Assembly (NCBI GenBank): GCA_949747515.1
Contig: CATKFO010000047.1
Coordinates: 8,595 to 72,594 of the forward strand
DNA from: an uncultured Eubacteriales bacterium
GTDB taxonomy: Bacteria > Bacillota > Clostridia > Oscillospirales > CAG-272
DNA: 64,000 nucleotides
Reading direction: 5' to 3'
Positions 27,278 to 37,433 of this stretch are shown piece after piece. Each line of letters starts with the position of its first letter. The first letter of the stretch is position 1. Both the position numbers and the translations under genes were made by a program. The notes under the pieces were generated by a model. The model ran no database searches. It saw only the letters and a program-made list of their open reading frames with translations, and had not been told where the DNA came from.

Positions 27278-29062
27278 TTATTCTTCTTTCGTAACGCTTA
27301 TAGAAAGCTCTTCCAGCGTTTTGGGATCCGCGTTAGCGGGGCATTTTGACAATAGTTCGGATGCGTTTTGAACCTTCGGGAATGCGATTACGTCGCGGAT
27401 ATCCTCAAGTCCCAGTAAAAGGCATACAAGTCTGTCCAGACCAAACGCAAGTCCTCCGTGCGGCGGAACTCCGTACTTGAACGCTTCAAGCAGGAAGCCG
27501 AATTTTTCTTCCGCTTCCTCCTTACCGATTCCAAGGACGTCGAACATTTTGCTCTGCATTTCAGTCGTATGTATTCTTATTGACCCGCCGCCAAGCTCAG
27601 AGCCGTTGAGAACTATGTCGTAGGCTCTCGCTCTGACAGAAGCGGGATCGCTGTTAAGCAGAGGAAGATCTTCTTCAAAAGGCATGGTGAACGGGTGATG
27701 TTTAGCGTAAAAACGTCCGTCTTCCTTATCGTACTCCAGAAGAGGAAATTCAGTAACCCAAAGGAAATTAAACTTTGACTTATCGATCATACCGAGCTTC
27801 TTTGCTACATAGACGCGAAGCGCTCCGAGAGCGTCGAATACAACGTCGTTTTCATCAGCAACAATAAGGAGAAGATCCCCGGCTTCCACTCCCATTCTTT
27901 CAGTAATCGAAGTAATCTCATCTTCGGTCATAAACTTAGCGAACGATGAGGAAACGGAGCCCGCGGCGTTTTTATACCAAGCGAGACCTTTCGCCCCATA
28001 TGTTTTTACATATTCGACAAGAGAGTCTATTTCTTTACGCGACATGGACGCTCCGCCCTTTACGTTGATTCCGCGAACCGAGCCGCCTTTTTCGACCGCC
28101 CCAGCGAATACGGAAAAACCGCACTTTGCCACAAGATCCGAAATATCCTGCAGCTCCATTTCAAAGCGAGTGTCCGGTTTATCCGAGCCGTATCTTCGCA
28201 TAGCTTCCGCGTAAGTCATTCTCTTAAACGGAGTTTCAATAGACTCGCCCATAAAATCCTCAAAAAGGCGCTTTATAAAACCTTCGTTCAAAGATATAAT
28301 ATCGTCTTCGTCCGCAAAAGACATTTCAAGGTCAAGCTGAGTAAACTCAGGCTGTCTGTCGGCTCGTAGATCCTCGTCTCTGAAGCATCGAGCCACCTGA
28401 AAGTATCGGTCGAATCCGGAATACATCAAAAGCTGTTTGTACAGCTGGGGAGACTGCGGCAAAGCGTAAAACTTTCCGGGATGAACCCTGCTGGGAACGA
28501 GATAGTCCCTGGCCCCCTCTGGAGTTGGTTTAATTAGACACGGAGTTTCTATATCTACGAATCCGTTTTCAGCATAATAATCTCTCGCTATTTTGACGAT
28601 TTTAGAACGCGCGATTATATTGTTTTGCAGATCGGGTCGACGCAGGTCAAGATAACGATGAGCGAGCCTCAGCTCAGGACGAACGTCGCTGTCCTCGACA
28701 ATAGCGAACGGCGGAGTCTGAGCCGTCGAAAGTATCTTGAAATAGTCTACGGCTATCTCTACCTCTCCCGTAGCCATATTAGGATTTACGGCTCCATCTC
28801 CTCTCGAACGAACAGTACCGCCAGCTGAAATAACATACTCCGCGCGAGTTCCGAAAGCGTCGCTGAAAAGTTTTTTATCCGTCCCGTCGTCAAACGCGAG
28901 CTGCACTATACCCGTTCTGTCTCTAAGATCTATGAAGATAAGGCTGCCTAAATCGCGTTGTCTTTGACACCAACCCAGTACGTGCGCGCGCTCGCCTATA
29001 TTTTTTGAACTAAGTTCTCCGCAATAATGAGTTCTTTTATCTTTTTTTTCAAAGGATTCCAT
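27278..29062 (-). CDS. aspS: Aspartate--tRNA ligase
   Basis: 594 aa. OB-fold N-domain (GWCQRQRDLGSLIFIDLRDRTG) and class II motifs (FRDEDLRADRQPEFTQLD, GGGSIRIH, GLAFGLDR). Confidence 0.95.
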   Translation of the reverse strand: MESFEKKDKRTHYCGELSSKNIGERAHVLGWCQRQRDLGSLIFIDLRDRTGIVQLAFDDGTDKKLFSDAFGTRAEYVISAGGTVRSRGDGAVNPNMATGEVEIAVDYFKILSTAQTPPFAIVEDSDVRPELRLAHRYLDLRRPDLQNNIIARSKIVKIARDYYAENGFVDIETPCLIKPTPEGARDYLVPSRVHPGKFYALPQSPQLYKQLLMYSGFDRYFQVARCFRDEDLRADRQPEFTQLDLEMSFADEDDIISLNEGFIKRLFEDFMGESIETPFKRMTYAEAMRRYGSDKPDTRFEMELQDISDLVAKCGFSVFAGAVEKGGSVRGINVKGGASMSRKEIDSLVEYVKTYGAKGLAWYKNAAGSVSSSFAKFMTEDEITSITERMGVEAGDLLLIVADENDVVFDALGALRVYVAKKLGMIDKSKFNFLWVTEFPLLEYDKEDGRFYAKHHPFTMPFEEDLPLLNSDPASVRARAYDIVLNGSELGGGSIRIHTTEMQSKMFDVLGIGKEEAEEKFGFLLEAFKYGVPPHGGLAFGLDRLVCLLLGLEDIRDVIAFPKVQNASELLSKCPANADPKTLEELSISVTKEE

Positions 29063-29106
29063 TACAATATTTCTCCTTGCTCATATACGAATGAATTAAT
29101 TTACAT

Positions 29107-30369
29107 TCACATGCTTTTTCTGATAAAATCTGCGGCGTCGGAAATTTTTATTTCAGTCTGCTCGCTCGTTTGCATATTTTTAATGACGGCGACGCCGGAT
29201 TCAAGCTCGCTGTCTCCGATAATAAGCGCGTAACGCGCGCCGAGCTTGTCCGCGTATTTCATCTGAGCCTTCAGGCTCCTGTTCATAATATCGCACTCGG
29301 CGCGAACTCCGGCGTCTCTAAGCTCAGTTACGATACGCTGGGATTCTATGGACGCGCGGTCTCCAAGAGGCGCGACGTACAGAGATAAAGGCTCGCGTTC
29401 CGGCAGGTATGCTCCCGACTGCTTCATAGCCATAATAAGGCGAGTAATCCCCATTCCAAAACCGATACCCGGCAGCGAAGGACCCCCGAGCTGTTCCATA
29501 AGTCCGTCGTATCTTCCTCCTCCGCAAACGGTGCTCTGCGCCCCTATTCCGTCGCATATAAACTCAAACACGGTTTTCGTATAGTAATCGAGTCCTCGCA
29601 CGATTTTTGTGTCGATAACGTAATCTATACCGCACGAATCAAGCATATTTATCAGCGTATCCATATGCGCTTTGCACTCCGTGCAGAGGTTATCTACGGA
29701 TTTCGGCGCGCCCTCGGCGATCTTGCGGCATTCGTCGTTTTTGCAGTCGAGAACTCGGAGCGGATTCATCTCAAGTCGCTCCTTGCATGTATCGCACAAA
29801 GAGTCTCTTCTTTCGTTTAAATATTCGATCAGCTTTTCCCTATACGCGGGACGGCATTCGGGACATCCTATAGAATTTATGTGAAGCTTTATCCCCTGAA
29901 TTCCAAGCTCCCGCAATAACGCGTTTGCGAGAGAAATAGAGGTAAAATCCGCCGCAGCGCCGGACGCCCCAAACATTTCGATACCGAACTGCGAGAACTC
30001 GCGGCTTCTCCCAGCCTGAGGCTTTTCGTATCTAAAACAATTTATTATGTAGTAATATTTAAGAGGCATAGGGTCCGACGTTTTTCCGTTTTCAATTATA
30101 GCGCGAACGACGGACGCGGTTCCTTCAGGCCGAAGAGCGAAAACAGATCCGTCCTTATCTTCAAAAGCGTACATTTCTTTTTGAACGACGTCGGTAGTAT
30201 CGCCTACGCCGCGCTTGAAAAGACCTATTTCTTCAAAGGTCGGCGTCCTTACTTCTGTGAATCCGAAACGTCGCGCGACTTCTCTCATTTTTTCTTCCAC
30301 ATATACCCATATGTCGCTTTCCGGAGAAAATATATCCATAGTTCCCCGTGGTTTTCTTATCTTTTCCAT
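29107..30369 (-). CDS. hisS: Histidine--tRNA ligase
   Basis: Preferred start is ATG at 30369 (MEKIRKPRGTMDI) with GGAG 6 nt upstream. Motifs: LRPEGTA, YYIINCFRYEKPQAGRSREF, GGGRYD. Confidence 0.9.
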   Translation of the reverse strand: MEKIRKPRGTMDIFSPESDIWVYVEEKMREVARRFGFTEVRTPTFEEIGLFKRGVGDTTDVVQKEMYAFEDKDGSVFALRPEGTASVVRAIIENGKTSDPMPLKYYYIINCFRYEKPQAGRSREFSQFGIEMFGASGAAADFTSISLANALLRELGIQGIKLHINSIGCPECRPAYREKLIEYLNERRDSLCDTCKERLEMNPLRVLDCKNDECRKIAEGAPKSVDNLCTECKAHMDTLINMLDSCGIDYVIDTKIVRGLDYYTKTVFEFICDGIGAQSTVCGGGRYDGLMEQLGGPSLPGIGFGMGITRLIMAMKQSGAYLPEREPLSLYVAPLGDRASIESQRIVTELRDAGVRAECDIMNRSLKAQMKYADKLGARYALIIGDSELESGVAVIKNMQTSEQTEIKISDAADFIRKSM

Positions 30370-30560
30370 TGTAACTCCGTAAAAATTGTTTATTATTTCA
30401 AGTATATCAAAAAATACTCTGATAATCAAGGGCTATCTTTATTTGCGCATGCAAAAAAATAAAATTTCTAAAGAGAATCAAGGGAGCGGACTTAGAAATC
30501 TGCTCCCTTAAAATATCGTTTAAAACTTTTAATTGATGCTCATCGAGTTTATTTACGTCT

Positions 30561-32987
30561 CTAAACGCGCAAACCGTCGTTTATCTCTTCGGCGTAACGA
30601 ACAGTTTCCATAGCGTCCTTCGCGTATTTATCCGCTCCAATAGCGTCGGCGTATTCCTGATTGAGCACGGCTCCCCCGACTACAATTTTGCACCACGGAG
30701 CTTTTTCACGAAGCTGCGCGATAGTCTCCTCCATTGCGGGAACTGTGGTAGTCATCAGCGCGCTTAGACCGACTAGAGGAGCATGAAGCCTTACGGTTTC
30801 TTCCACCACCGCCTCCGGCGGAACGTCTCTACCAAGATCGCTTACGGCAAAACCGTAATTTTCAAGCAAAAGCTTCACGATATTTTTTCCAATATCGTGA
30901 ATATCTCCTTTGACCGTCGCAATTACGAAGCCGCATTTTCCTCCCGCCTTTCCAGCCGGAACCTTAAGCTTAATCTGCTCGAACGCAGCCTTGGACGCTT
31001 CCGCGCTCATAAGAAGCTGTGGAAGATACACGGTTTTATTTTCAAACCCCATTCCAACCGTATCGAGGGCCGGAATGATCTCTTCCTGAACTATACGCAG
31101 CGGAGGAACGCTTTCAAGAAGCTTTTCGGTAAAAACAGCCGCCTGATCCTTAAGTCCTTTTATTATCGCCCTCTGAAGCTCCGAGCCGTGTTTTTCTCCG
31201 CTTTCGGCGGTCGACGAGTTACTCGCGTTCTTCTCTGAAGGCGTCTGAATCTGCGCCTGCGGCAACTCCGACGCAAACTTAATGTAATCGGCGCAGTTAT
31301 CGTCAAATCCGTTCAGCGCGCGGAACGTATAATACGCTTTCATCATTTCTGCCGAATACGGATTCATGATCGCCGCGGAAAGACCGTTGCTTAAAGCAAG
31401 AGTAAAAAACGTCGCGGTGACTGCGTCTCGCTGGGGAAGTCCGAAAGAAACGTTTGAAACGCCAAGGGAAGTACGGCACCCAAGCTTATCGCCTATAAGC
31501 TTAACCGCGCGCAGCGTTTCTTTAGCCGCCGAGCTATCCGCGCTAATAGTCATCGCGAGCGGATCAAAAATTATATCTTTCTTTCCGATTCCGTATTTCG
31601 CGGCCTCGTCTATTATTCTTTCAGCGATTTTAAGGCGTTCCTCAGCAGTGGAGGGAATGCCGTTCTCATCAAGGGTAAGGGCGACGACCAAGCCGCCGTA
31701 TTTCGCGGCCAGAGGGAACACGCAGTCCATACTCTCCCGTTTTCCGTTTACGGAATTTATCATCGCCTTGCCGTTATACCTACGCAAAGCCGTTTCCATG
31801 GCCGCGGGGTCCGACGTATCTATCTGCAACGGAAGATCTATCACGGCCTGCAGTTCGCACACGGCGCGTTTCAGCATTTCCACTTCGTCGATTTCCGGAA
31901 GCCCTACGTTAACGTCCAGAATATGCGCGCCTCGCTCCTGCTCCGCTATTCCCTCTCTCAGAATATAATCTATGTCTCTTTCTTTAAGAGCTTCCTTAAA
32001 CCGCTTTTTTCCGGTAGGATTTATACGCTCTCCTATAAGGATCGGCGCCTCGTCGAAAAATACGGCGTGAGTATACGATGAAACGAAGGTCAAATCTTTC
32101 GGAGTAATCGGAATCGGAGAAAGCTCAATGCATTTTCTAACCGTCTCTGCAATATATTCGGGCGTAGTTCCGCAGCATCCGCCTACAATCCGCACGCCTT
32201 TTTCCACAAGGTCGCGCGCGTCGGAGGAAAATTCCGGAGCAAACACGTCGTACACGGTCTTTCCATGATCAGACCTCGGAAGACCTGCGTTAGGCTTAAG
32301 AATAACCGGCGTCGACGCATACTTGAGATATTCTTCAACGACGCCTCTAAGGGCCTTGGGGCCGAGAGAACAGTTAACTCCTATGGCGTCGGCTCCCATT
32401 CCTTCGAGCATAGCTATCATAGACGCGGGATCGGCTCCCGTCATTAGTTTGCCGTCCTCGCCGTACGCGTTAGACACGAACACGGGCAAATCGCTGTTCT
32501 CCTTCGCGGCAAGCAAAGCGGCCTTAGTTTCGTAGCTGTCGTTCATGGTTTCTATAAATATAAGATCGACTCCGTATTTTACGCCAAGCCTTACGGTTTC
32601 GGCAAAAACATCGACGGCCTCTTCAAAGTCGAAATCTCCGTATGGCGCCAGCATACGGCCGGTAGGACCTATATCTAGAGCCACCCATTTTTCCTGCTTG
32701 CCAGAGCTCCGCTCTTCGGCGATCCTCGCGTTTTTTATCGCCGCCTCTACGATACGCTCCAGCTCGTCGGATGAAAATTTGAGAGAATTGGCGCCGAAAG
32801 TGTTAGTGCTTACCACATTGCTTCCAGCGTCGTAATAATCTTTATGAATACCGGCGATAACGTCGGGATGAAGGATATTCCACCGCTCCGGCAGCTCGCC
32901 GGATTCAAGACCTTTATCCTGAAGAAGCGTTCCCATACCGCCGTCAAGAAATAAAATATGATCCTTAAGATATTCGGTTATGATCAT
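30561..32987 (-). CDS. metH: Cobalamin-dependent methionine synthase, short form lacking the activation domain
   Basis: 808 aa. Hcy S-methyltransferase domain (LDGGMGT, GGCCGT), pterin-binding domain and B12-binding domain (DIHDIGKNIV). No AdoMet-binding C-terminal module. Confidence 0.9.
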   Translation of the reverse strand: MIITEYLKDHILFLDGGMGTLLQDKGLESGELPERWNILHPDVIAGIHKDYYDAGSNVVSTNTFGANSLKFSSDELERIVEAAIKNARIAEERSSGKQEKWVALDIGPTGRMLAPYGDFDFEEAVDVFAETVRLGVKYGVDLIFIETMNDSYETKAALLAAKENSDLPVFVSNAYGEDGKLMTGADPASMIAMLEGMGADAIGVNCSLGPKALRGVVEEYLKYASTPVILKPNAGLPRSDHGKTVYDVFAPEFSSDARDLVEKGVRIVGGCCGTTPEYIAETVRKCIELSPIPITPKDLTFVSSYTHAVFFDEAPILIGERINPTGKKRFKEALKERDIDYILREGIAEQERGAHILDVNVGLPEIDEVEMLKRAVCELQAVIDLPLQIDTSDPAAMETALRRYNGKAMINSVNGKRESMDCVFPLAAKYGGLVVALTLDENGIPSTAEERLKIAERIIDEAAKYGIGKKDIIFDPLAMTISADSSAAKETLRAVKLIGDKLGCRTSLGVSNVSFGLPQRDAVTATFFTLALSNGLSAAIMNPYSAEMMKAYYTFRALNGFDDNCADYIKFASELPQAQIQTPSEKNASNSSTAESGEKHGSELQRAIIKGLKDQAAVFTEKLLESVPPLRIVQEEIIPALDTVGMGFENKTVYLPQLLMSAEASKAAFEQIKLKVPAGKAGGKCGFVIATVKGDIHDIGKNIVKLLLENYGFAVSDLGRDVPPEAVVEETVRLHAPLVGLSALMTTTVPAMEETIAQLREKAPWCKIVVGGAVLNQEYADAIGADKYAKDAMETVRYAEEINDGLRV

Positions 32988-33667
32988 TTGCTCCTCCTAT
33001 ATGAACAGTCCTCGAGTCCGCATACCTCGCATCCGTCTTTAGCGCGATTTTTATTGTTTTGATTATTATTTGTAACCCCTATAAGCGCGGTAACAGACTT
33101 AGACGGCGACATTAGCAGACTGTCGTTTAGCGTAACTCCGATTTTTCGCGGACAGTCGAGCGCTCTGAATATATCTTTTTGAACCATTAAAGGGAAATCG
33201 CCGTATCCGGGGCTGAAACGCGGTCTTGTCGACATTCCCTCCATACGAATTTTTTCTGTAACGTCGGCGTTAAATACGTCGCAAAGGCTCTCGATGCGTT
33301 CGCCTCCGATAGCTTGAAACATAAGAGCTTTCGCCGGCGATATCTTTGCATATCGGGCTATCAGTCTGTCTATCTCCATACCGACTGTTCCAGCGAATAA
33401 TACTATACTGCCGCATCCTCTCAAGTTTTTCATAAGATCAGACGAACGCGTCTCCGTAAACCCGAGATCTAAGCCTCCGTCGATTTCCTTAACGGGAAAT
33501 TCCGCGAAGCAAATTCTCTGAACGAATTTTCCCTCGGCCTCTTCAAGGCACTCGCTGAGAAGAGAATAAAGTTCGTCGGCGTCCGGCCGCATTCCAGCGT
33601 ATCTCATTATTTCAACCGTGTCGACCGGAGCGGGACCATAAAATTTTGTATATACGTCGTTTCTCAT
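32984..33667 (-). CDS. Methionine synthase activation-domain-like protein (Met_synt_B12 family), stand-alone
   Basis: 227 aa. RFSPGYGDFPLMVQKDIFRALD resembles the RxxPGYxxxP motif of the MetH reactivation domain. C-terminal CEVCGLEDC cluster. Overlaps both metF and metH by 4 nt. Confidence 0.7.
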   Translation of the reverse strand: MRNDVYTKFYGPAPVDTVEIMRYAGMRPDADELYSLLSECLEEAEGKFVQRICFAEFPVKEIDGGLDLGFTETRSSDLMKNLRGCGSIVLFAGTVGMEIDRLIARYAKISPAKALMFQAIGGERIESLCDVFNADVTEKIRMEGMSTRPRFSPGYGDFPLMVQKDIFRALDCPRKIGVTLNDSLLMSPSKSVTALIGVTNNNQNNKNRAKDGCEVCGLEDCSYRRSK

Positions 33668-34545
33668 TCTTGTTCGATTATGTCGGAAAGATTACTCATA
33701 ATCTTTTCCGCGACGTCGGGCTTGTTCATGGAATATACATGGACGTTTGAAACGCCGTTAGCAAACAGATCTATTATCTGATCGGTAGCATACGCGATTC
33801 CAGCTTGCTTCATAGCCGCCGGCGACCTGCCGAATTTATCCACAAGGCTCTTGAATCTTTGAGGAACGAAAGACCCGGACAGCTTAATAGAACGTTCGAG
33901 AAAAGATCCGTTTGTAATCGGCATGATGCCGGGGATCACAGGCACCGTTATACCTGCTTCGCGTATTTTGTAGAGAAAATTATAAAAAAGATTGTTATCG
34001 AAAAACATTTGCGTCGTCAGAAACGAACAGCCGGCGTCTACCTTTTCCTTAAGATATTTAATATCCTCAGATTGGTCCGCGCTTTCCGGATGTATTTCAG
34101 GATAGCACGCGCCTCCGATACAAAAATCTCCGCCGCTTTCTTTTATATCGCGTATAAGATCCACCGCGTGCTTATAGTCCCACGAGCTCCGGTCGCCCGC
34201 TTCAAGCTCAGGAGTCAGGTCTCCTCGAAGAGCCATTATATTTTCAACTCCAGACTTCTTTATCTCCTCAATTTTCTCTCTGACCGTATCCCTTGTGGAA
34301 GAAACGCACGTCAAATGGGCCAGAGTTGGAACGGAATATTTTTCAAGTATGTTTTTTGCAATGTCCAGCGTATATCGGCTCGTTCCTCCCCCGGCGCCGT
34401 ACGTCACGCTCATAAAAGAAGGATGCAGAGCGGCTATTTCCTCAGTAGCGCTTTTAACGCTGTCAAACGTCATAGACGTTTTCGGAGGAAACACCTCGAA
34501 GGACAGAGACAAAGTCTTTTTTTCAAACAATTCCGTAAGTTTCAT
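33664..34545 (-). CDS. metF: Methylenetetrahydrofolate reductase
   Basis: 293 aa. SFEVFPPKT, VTYGAGG, HLTC, ALRGD and GIMPI motifs. Confidence 0.9.
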   Translation of the reverse strand: MKLTELFEKKTLSLSFEVFPPKTSMTFDSVKSATEEIAALHPSFMSVTYGAGGGTSRYTLDIAKNILEKYSVPTLAHLTCVSSTRDTVREKIEEIKKSGVENIMALRGDLTPELEAGDRSSWDYKHAVDLIRDIKESGGDFCIGGACYPEIHPESADQSEDIKYLKEKVDAGCSFLTTQMFFDNNLFYNFLYKIREAGITVPVIPGIMPITNGSFLERSIKLSGSFVPQRFKSLVDKFGRSPAAMKQAGIAYATDQIIDLFANGVSNVHVYSMNKPDVAEKIMSNLSDIIEQE

Positions 34546-34722
34546 CTTTAAGGTAAAGCCTTTCTATCAGCATTTTTGTATGGGCCGCGGTTTATTGCGC
34601 GGCTGAATTCGCGCGACAAACTTATTTAAATCTATTTAAAATATTTGTTTTCTGCGTATTACGCGGTTCGGATTATGTATTTATAGGCGCAAACGACGGT
34701 CAAGCCGCTTACGCCTATTGTT

Positions 34723-34751
34723 ATTGTACCACAAAATCCCTGTATAATCAA
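34723..34751 (-). promoter_or_regulatory. Sigma-A-type promoter of the metF operon
   Basis: Minus strand reads TTGATT (34751..34746), 17 nt, then TGgTACAAT (-10 at 34728..34723). This leaves a leader of roughly 170 nt. Confidence 0.5.
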
Positions 34752-34810
34752 CGTTTTTTTACAGCGGCGCCGCGCGGCTTAATTTGGGATCAAAGCAAGC
34801 TGTGATCTTG

Positions 34811-35581
34811 TTAAACCAACGCGCTTTTCATTCGCTTTACGAATTCACCTACGTACGGCGGCGCCTCGGCTCCGTGCTCGGCAATTATTTTTACGATAGC
34901 AGAACCGACGATCGCTCCGTCTGAAAGGCCGGCCATTTTTTTCGCCTGTTCGGGAGTTGAAATGCCGAATCCGATAGCGCATGGAACGTCCGTGTTCCGC
35001 CGAATTACAGACACAATGGAATCGATATCGGTTGATATTTCGCTTCTAGCGCCAGTGACGCCAAGACTTGAAACTATGTATATAAAGCCCTCGGCTTCTT
35101 TCGCTATCATAGCGGTTCTTTTATCCGACGTAGGAGCTACGAGCGATATAAGCTTTATTCCATATCGACGGCAGACGGGAAGAAATTCGTCTTTTTCTTC
35201 AAACGGCAAGTCGGGCAGTATGATACCGTCTATTCCAATGTCTCGGCACGCGGCCATAAATCTGTCCCCACCGTAAGAAAAGACAACGTTCGCATATGTC
35301 ATAAACACCATTGGAACGTCCAAATCTCGTCTGAGGTCTCTGACAAGATCGAATATTTTATCCGTCGTGACTCCTCCTCTGAGAGCTCTGAAATTCGCCT
35401 CCTGTATCACCGGTCCTTCGGCCGTAGGATCGGAAAACGGAATACCGAGCTCGATAAGATCCGCTCCGTTATCAGCCGCGGCTCTGACCGCGGCGGCCGT
35501 TGTGTCCAGATCCGGGTCTCCGCATGTGATAAAAGCTATAAAGGCTTTTCCTCCGGCAAACGCTTTCCCTATCCTACTCAT
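34811..35581 (-). CDS. trpA: Tryptophan synthase alpha chain
   Basis: 256 aa. [17 protein letters not shown] and GFGIS motifs. Overlaps trpB by 8 nt. Confidence 0.95.
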   Translation of the reverse strand: MSRIGKAFAGGKAFIAFITCGDPDLDTTAAAVRAAADNGADLIELGIPFSDPTAEGPVIQEANFRALRGGVTTDKIFDLVRDLRRDLDVPMVFMTYANVVFSYGGDRFMAACRDIGIDGIILPDLPFEEKDEFLPVCRRYGIKLISLVAPTSDKRTAMIAKEAEGFIYIVSSLGVTGARSEISTDIDSIVSVIRRNTDVPCAIGFGISTPEQAKKMAGLSDGAIVGSAIVKIIAEHGAEAPPYVGEFVKRMKSALV

Positions 35582-36764
35582 ATATATTCTCCCCTCTGTA
35601 ACGCGCTATAGCGGCGCAGTCCTTGTCGCCCCTGCCGGATATGGTTATCGCCATTATTTGACTTTTCTCCATATTTGGAGCTTCTTTCATCGCGTACGCG
35701 ACGGCGTGAGCCGATTCTATAGCCGGAATAATTCCCTCTGTTCTGGAAAGGTACTCAAACGCGTCTACCGCTTCGTCGTCCGTGATCGGAACGTATTCGG
35801 CGCGCCCAACGTCGTGGAGGTACGCGTGCTCCGGACCGACCCCGGGATAATCCAGCCCCGCGGAAATGGAGTATACGGGGGCGATCTGTCCGAACTCATC
35901 CTGGCAAAAATACGATTTCATCCCGTGAAATATCCCCGGTTTTCCGACGTTTACCGTAGCGGCCGTTTCAAAAGTGTCGATACCTCTCCCAGCCGCTTCG
36001 CATCCGACAAGGCGCACGCTTTTGTCGTCTATAAAATGATAAAAGCTGCCGATGGAGTTCGAGCCTCCGCCGACGCAGGCGACAACGGCGTCAGGAAGAC
36101 GTCCTTCCCTCTCCATAAGCTGATCTCTGATCTCTCTTGAAATGACCGCCTGAAAGTCCCGCACTATAGTCGGGAACGGATGAGGTCCCATTACGGAACC
36201 AAGGCAGTAGTGAGTATCGTCTATTCTCCGGGTCCACTCGCGCATCGCTTCGGACACGGCGTCTTTAAGCGTGGCCGTTCCGGTCTTAACTGGAACGACC
36301 TCCGCGCCGAGAAGACGCATACGATATACGTTCAGAGCCTGCCTTATCGTATCCTCTTCTCCCATAAACACAACGCACTCCATGCCCATAAGGGCCGCGG
36401 CCGTAGCCGTAGCTACTCCGTGCTGACCCGCTCCGGTCTCCGCTATCAAACGCTTTTTGCCCATTTTTTTCGCGAGCAGGGCCTGACCGAGAACGTTGTT
36501 TATTTTATGCGAACCCGTATGGTTTAAGTCTTCCCTTTTAAGATAAATTTTCGCGCCTCCGAGCTCCTTCGTCATTTTTTCAGCGTAGTAAAGAAGAGAC
36601 GGTCTGCCGGCGTATCCGTTAAAAAGCTCTGCAAGCTCGCGGTTAAAGGCGGCGTCCATTTTATATTTATTGTACGCTTCTTCCAGTTCTCCCACCGCGT
36701 TCATAAGCGTTTCTGGAACGTACTGTCCTCCATGCGCTCCAAAGCGCCCGTTTGGATTAGTCAT
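35574..36764 (-). CDS. trpB: Tryptophan synthase beta chain
   Basis: 396 aa. [16 protein letters not shown] (PLP lysine), GAGQHG and GGGSNSIG. Confidence 0.95.
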   Translation of the reverse strand: MTNPNGRFGAHGGQYVPETLMNAVGELEEAYNKYKMDAAFNRELAELFNGYAGRPSLLYYAEKMTKELGGAKIYLKREDLNHTGSHKINNVLGQALLAKKMGKKRLIAETGAGQHGVATATAAALMGMECVVFMGEEDTIRQALNVYRMRLLGAEVVPVKTGTATLKDAVSEAMREWTRRIDDTHYCLGSVMGPHPFPTIVRDFQAVISREIRDQLMEREGRLPDAVVACVGGGSNSIGSFYHFIDDKSVRLVGCEAAGRGIDTFETAATVNVGKPGIFHGMKSYFCQDEFGQIAPVYSISAGLDYPGVGPEHAYLHDVGRAEYVPITDDEAVDAFEYLSRTEGIIPAIESAHAVAYAMKEAPNMEKSQIMAITISGRGDKDCAAIARYRGENIYE

Positions 36765-36836
36765 TATAATTTCCTTTTCGTTTTCTTTTAGTAGTGTTTA
36801 CGGCTTATTTCGCCGTTTTTGCTTCTATGCGTTTCT

Positions 36837-37433
36837 TTACGAACGCGCCGAACGCACGAATTCCCTCGCCAGCGCCTCGTCTTTAACTCCGGCTTTTTCT
36901 ATTTTAGAGCTAACGTCGACAGCATACGGATGGAGCTCTTTAATAGCCTCACGCACGTTTAAAGCGGATAACCCTCCGGCTAGAAAATACGGACGTTTGA
37001 TATTTTTCACAAGATTCCAATCGAAAACTTTCCCGCTTCCCGCGCCTGAATCAAGAAGAGCGAAATCGGCTCCGCATCTTTCAACCGCCTCGTAGTCGCA
37101 GGTATCGGTAATGCGAAACGCTTTTATTACGGGCTTTCCTGAAATATCTCGCAAACGCTTTATATATTCTTCATTCTCGTCGCCGTGAAGCTGAGCGATA
37201 TCGATCGTCCCGCGTCTAAAAAGCTCGAGAATATTTTCAATCGGCTCGTCGACGAAAACTCCTGCGGAAAGTATATTTCGGTTTAGTTTCGCTCTTAAAT
37301 TATCGGCCGTTTCATAAGATATTCCGCGGCGGCTTCCCTCGGCGAAAACAAATCCTACGAACTCCGGTTTAAGAGAGTTTGCAATTTCAATATCCCGTTC
37401 CGTCGTAAGTCCGCACAGCTTTATTTTCGTCAT
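36837..37433 (-). CDS. trpF: Phosphoribosylanthranilate isomerase
   Basis: 198 aa. KLCGLT, GFVF, QLHGDE and LAGGL motifs. Confidence 0.9.
   Translation of the reverse strand: MTKIKLCGLTTERDIEIANSLKPEFVGFVFAEGSRRGISYETADNLRAKLNRNILSAGVFVDEPIENILELFRRGTIDIAQLHGDENEEYIKRLRDISGKPVIKAFRITDTCDYEAVERCGADFALLDSGAGSGKVFDWNLVKNIKRPYFLAGGLSALNVREAIKELHPYAVDVSSKIEKAGVKDEALAREFVRSARS

Noticed and set aside
30370-30560. Expected T-box leader upstream of hisS-aspS, as in B. subtilis
   Set aside because: The gap is only about 190 nt, has no GGUGGNACCGCG box on the minus strand and is mostly occupied by the metH terminator hairpin (AAGGGAGC-N14-GCTCCCTT).
33805-34551. 248 aa plus-strand ORF
   Set aside because: It is antisense to the clearly recognisable metF and has an Arg/His/Phe-rich, low-complexity translation. 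It is a shadow ORF.
34546-34722. SAM-I (S-box) riboswitch in the metF leader
   Set aside because: The conserved cores (UUAUCAAGAG, GGAGGGA, GGUGCUAA, AGAUAA closing helix) are absent. The leader is kept as an unassigned leader instead.
35367-36140. 257 aa plus-strand ORF
   Set aside because: It is antisense to trpA/trpB and has Ser/Arg/Val-rich composition with no motifs. It is a shadow ORF.
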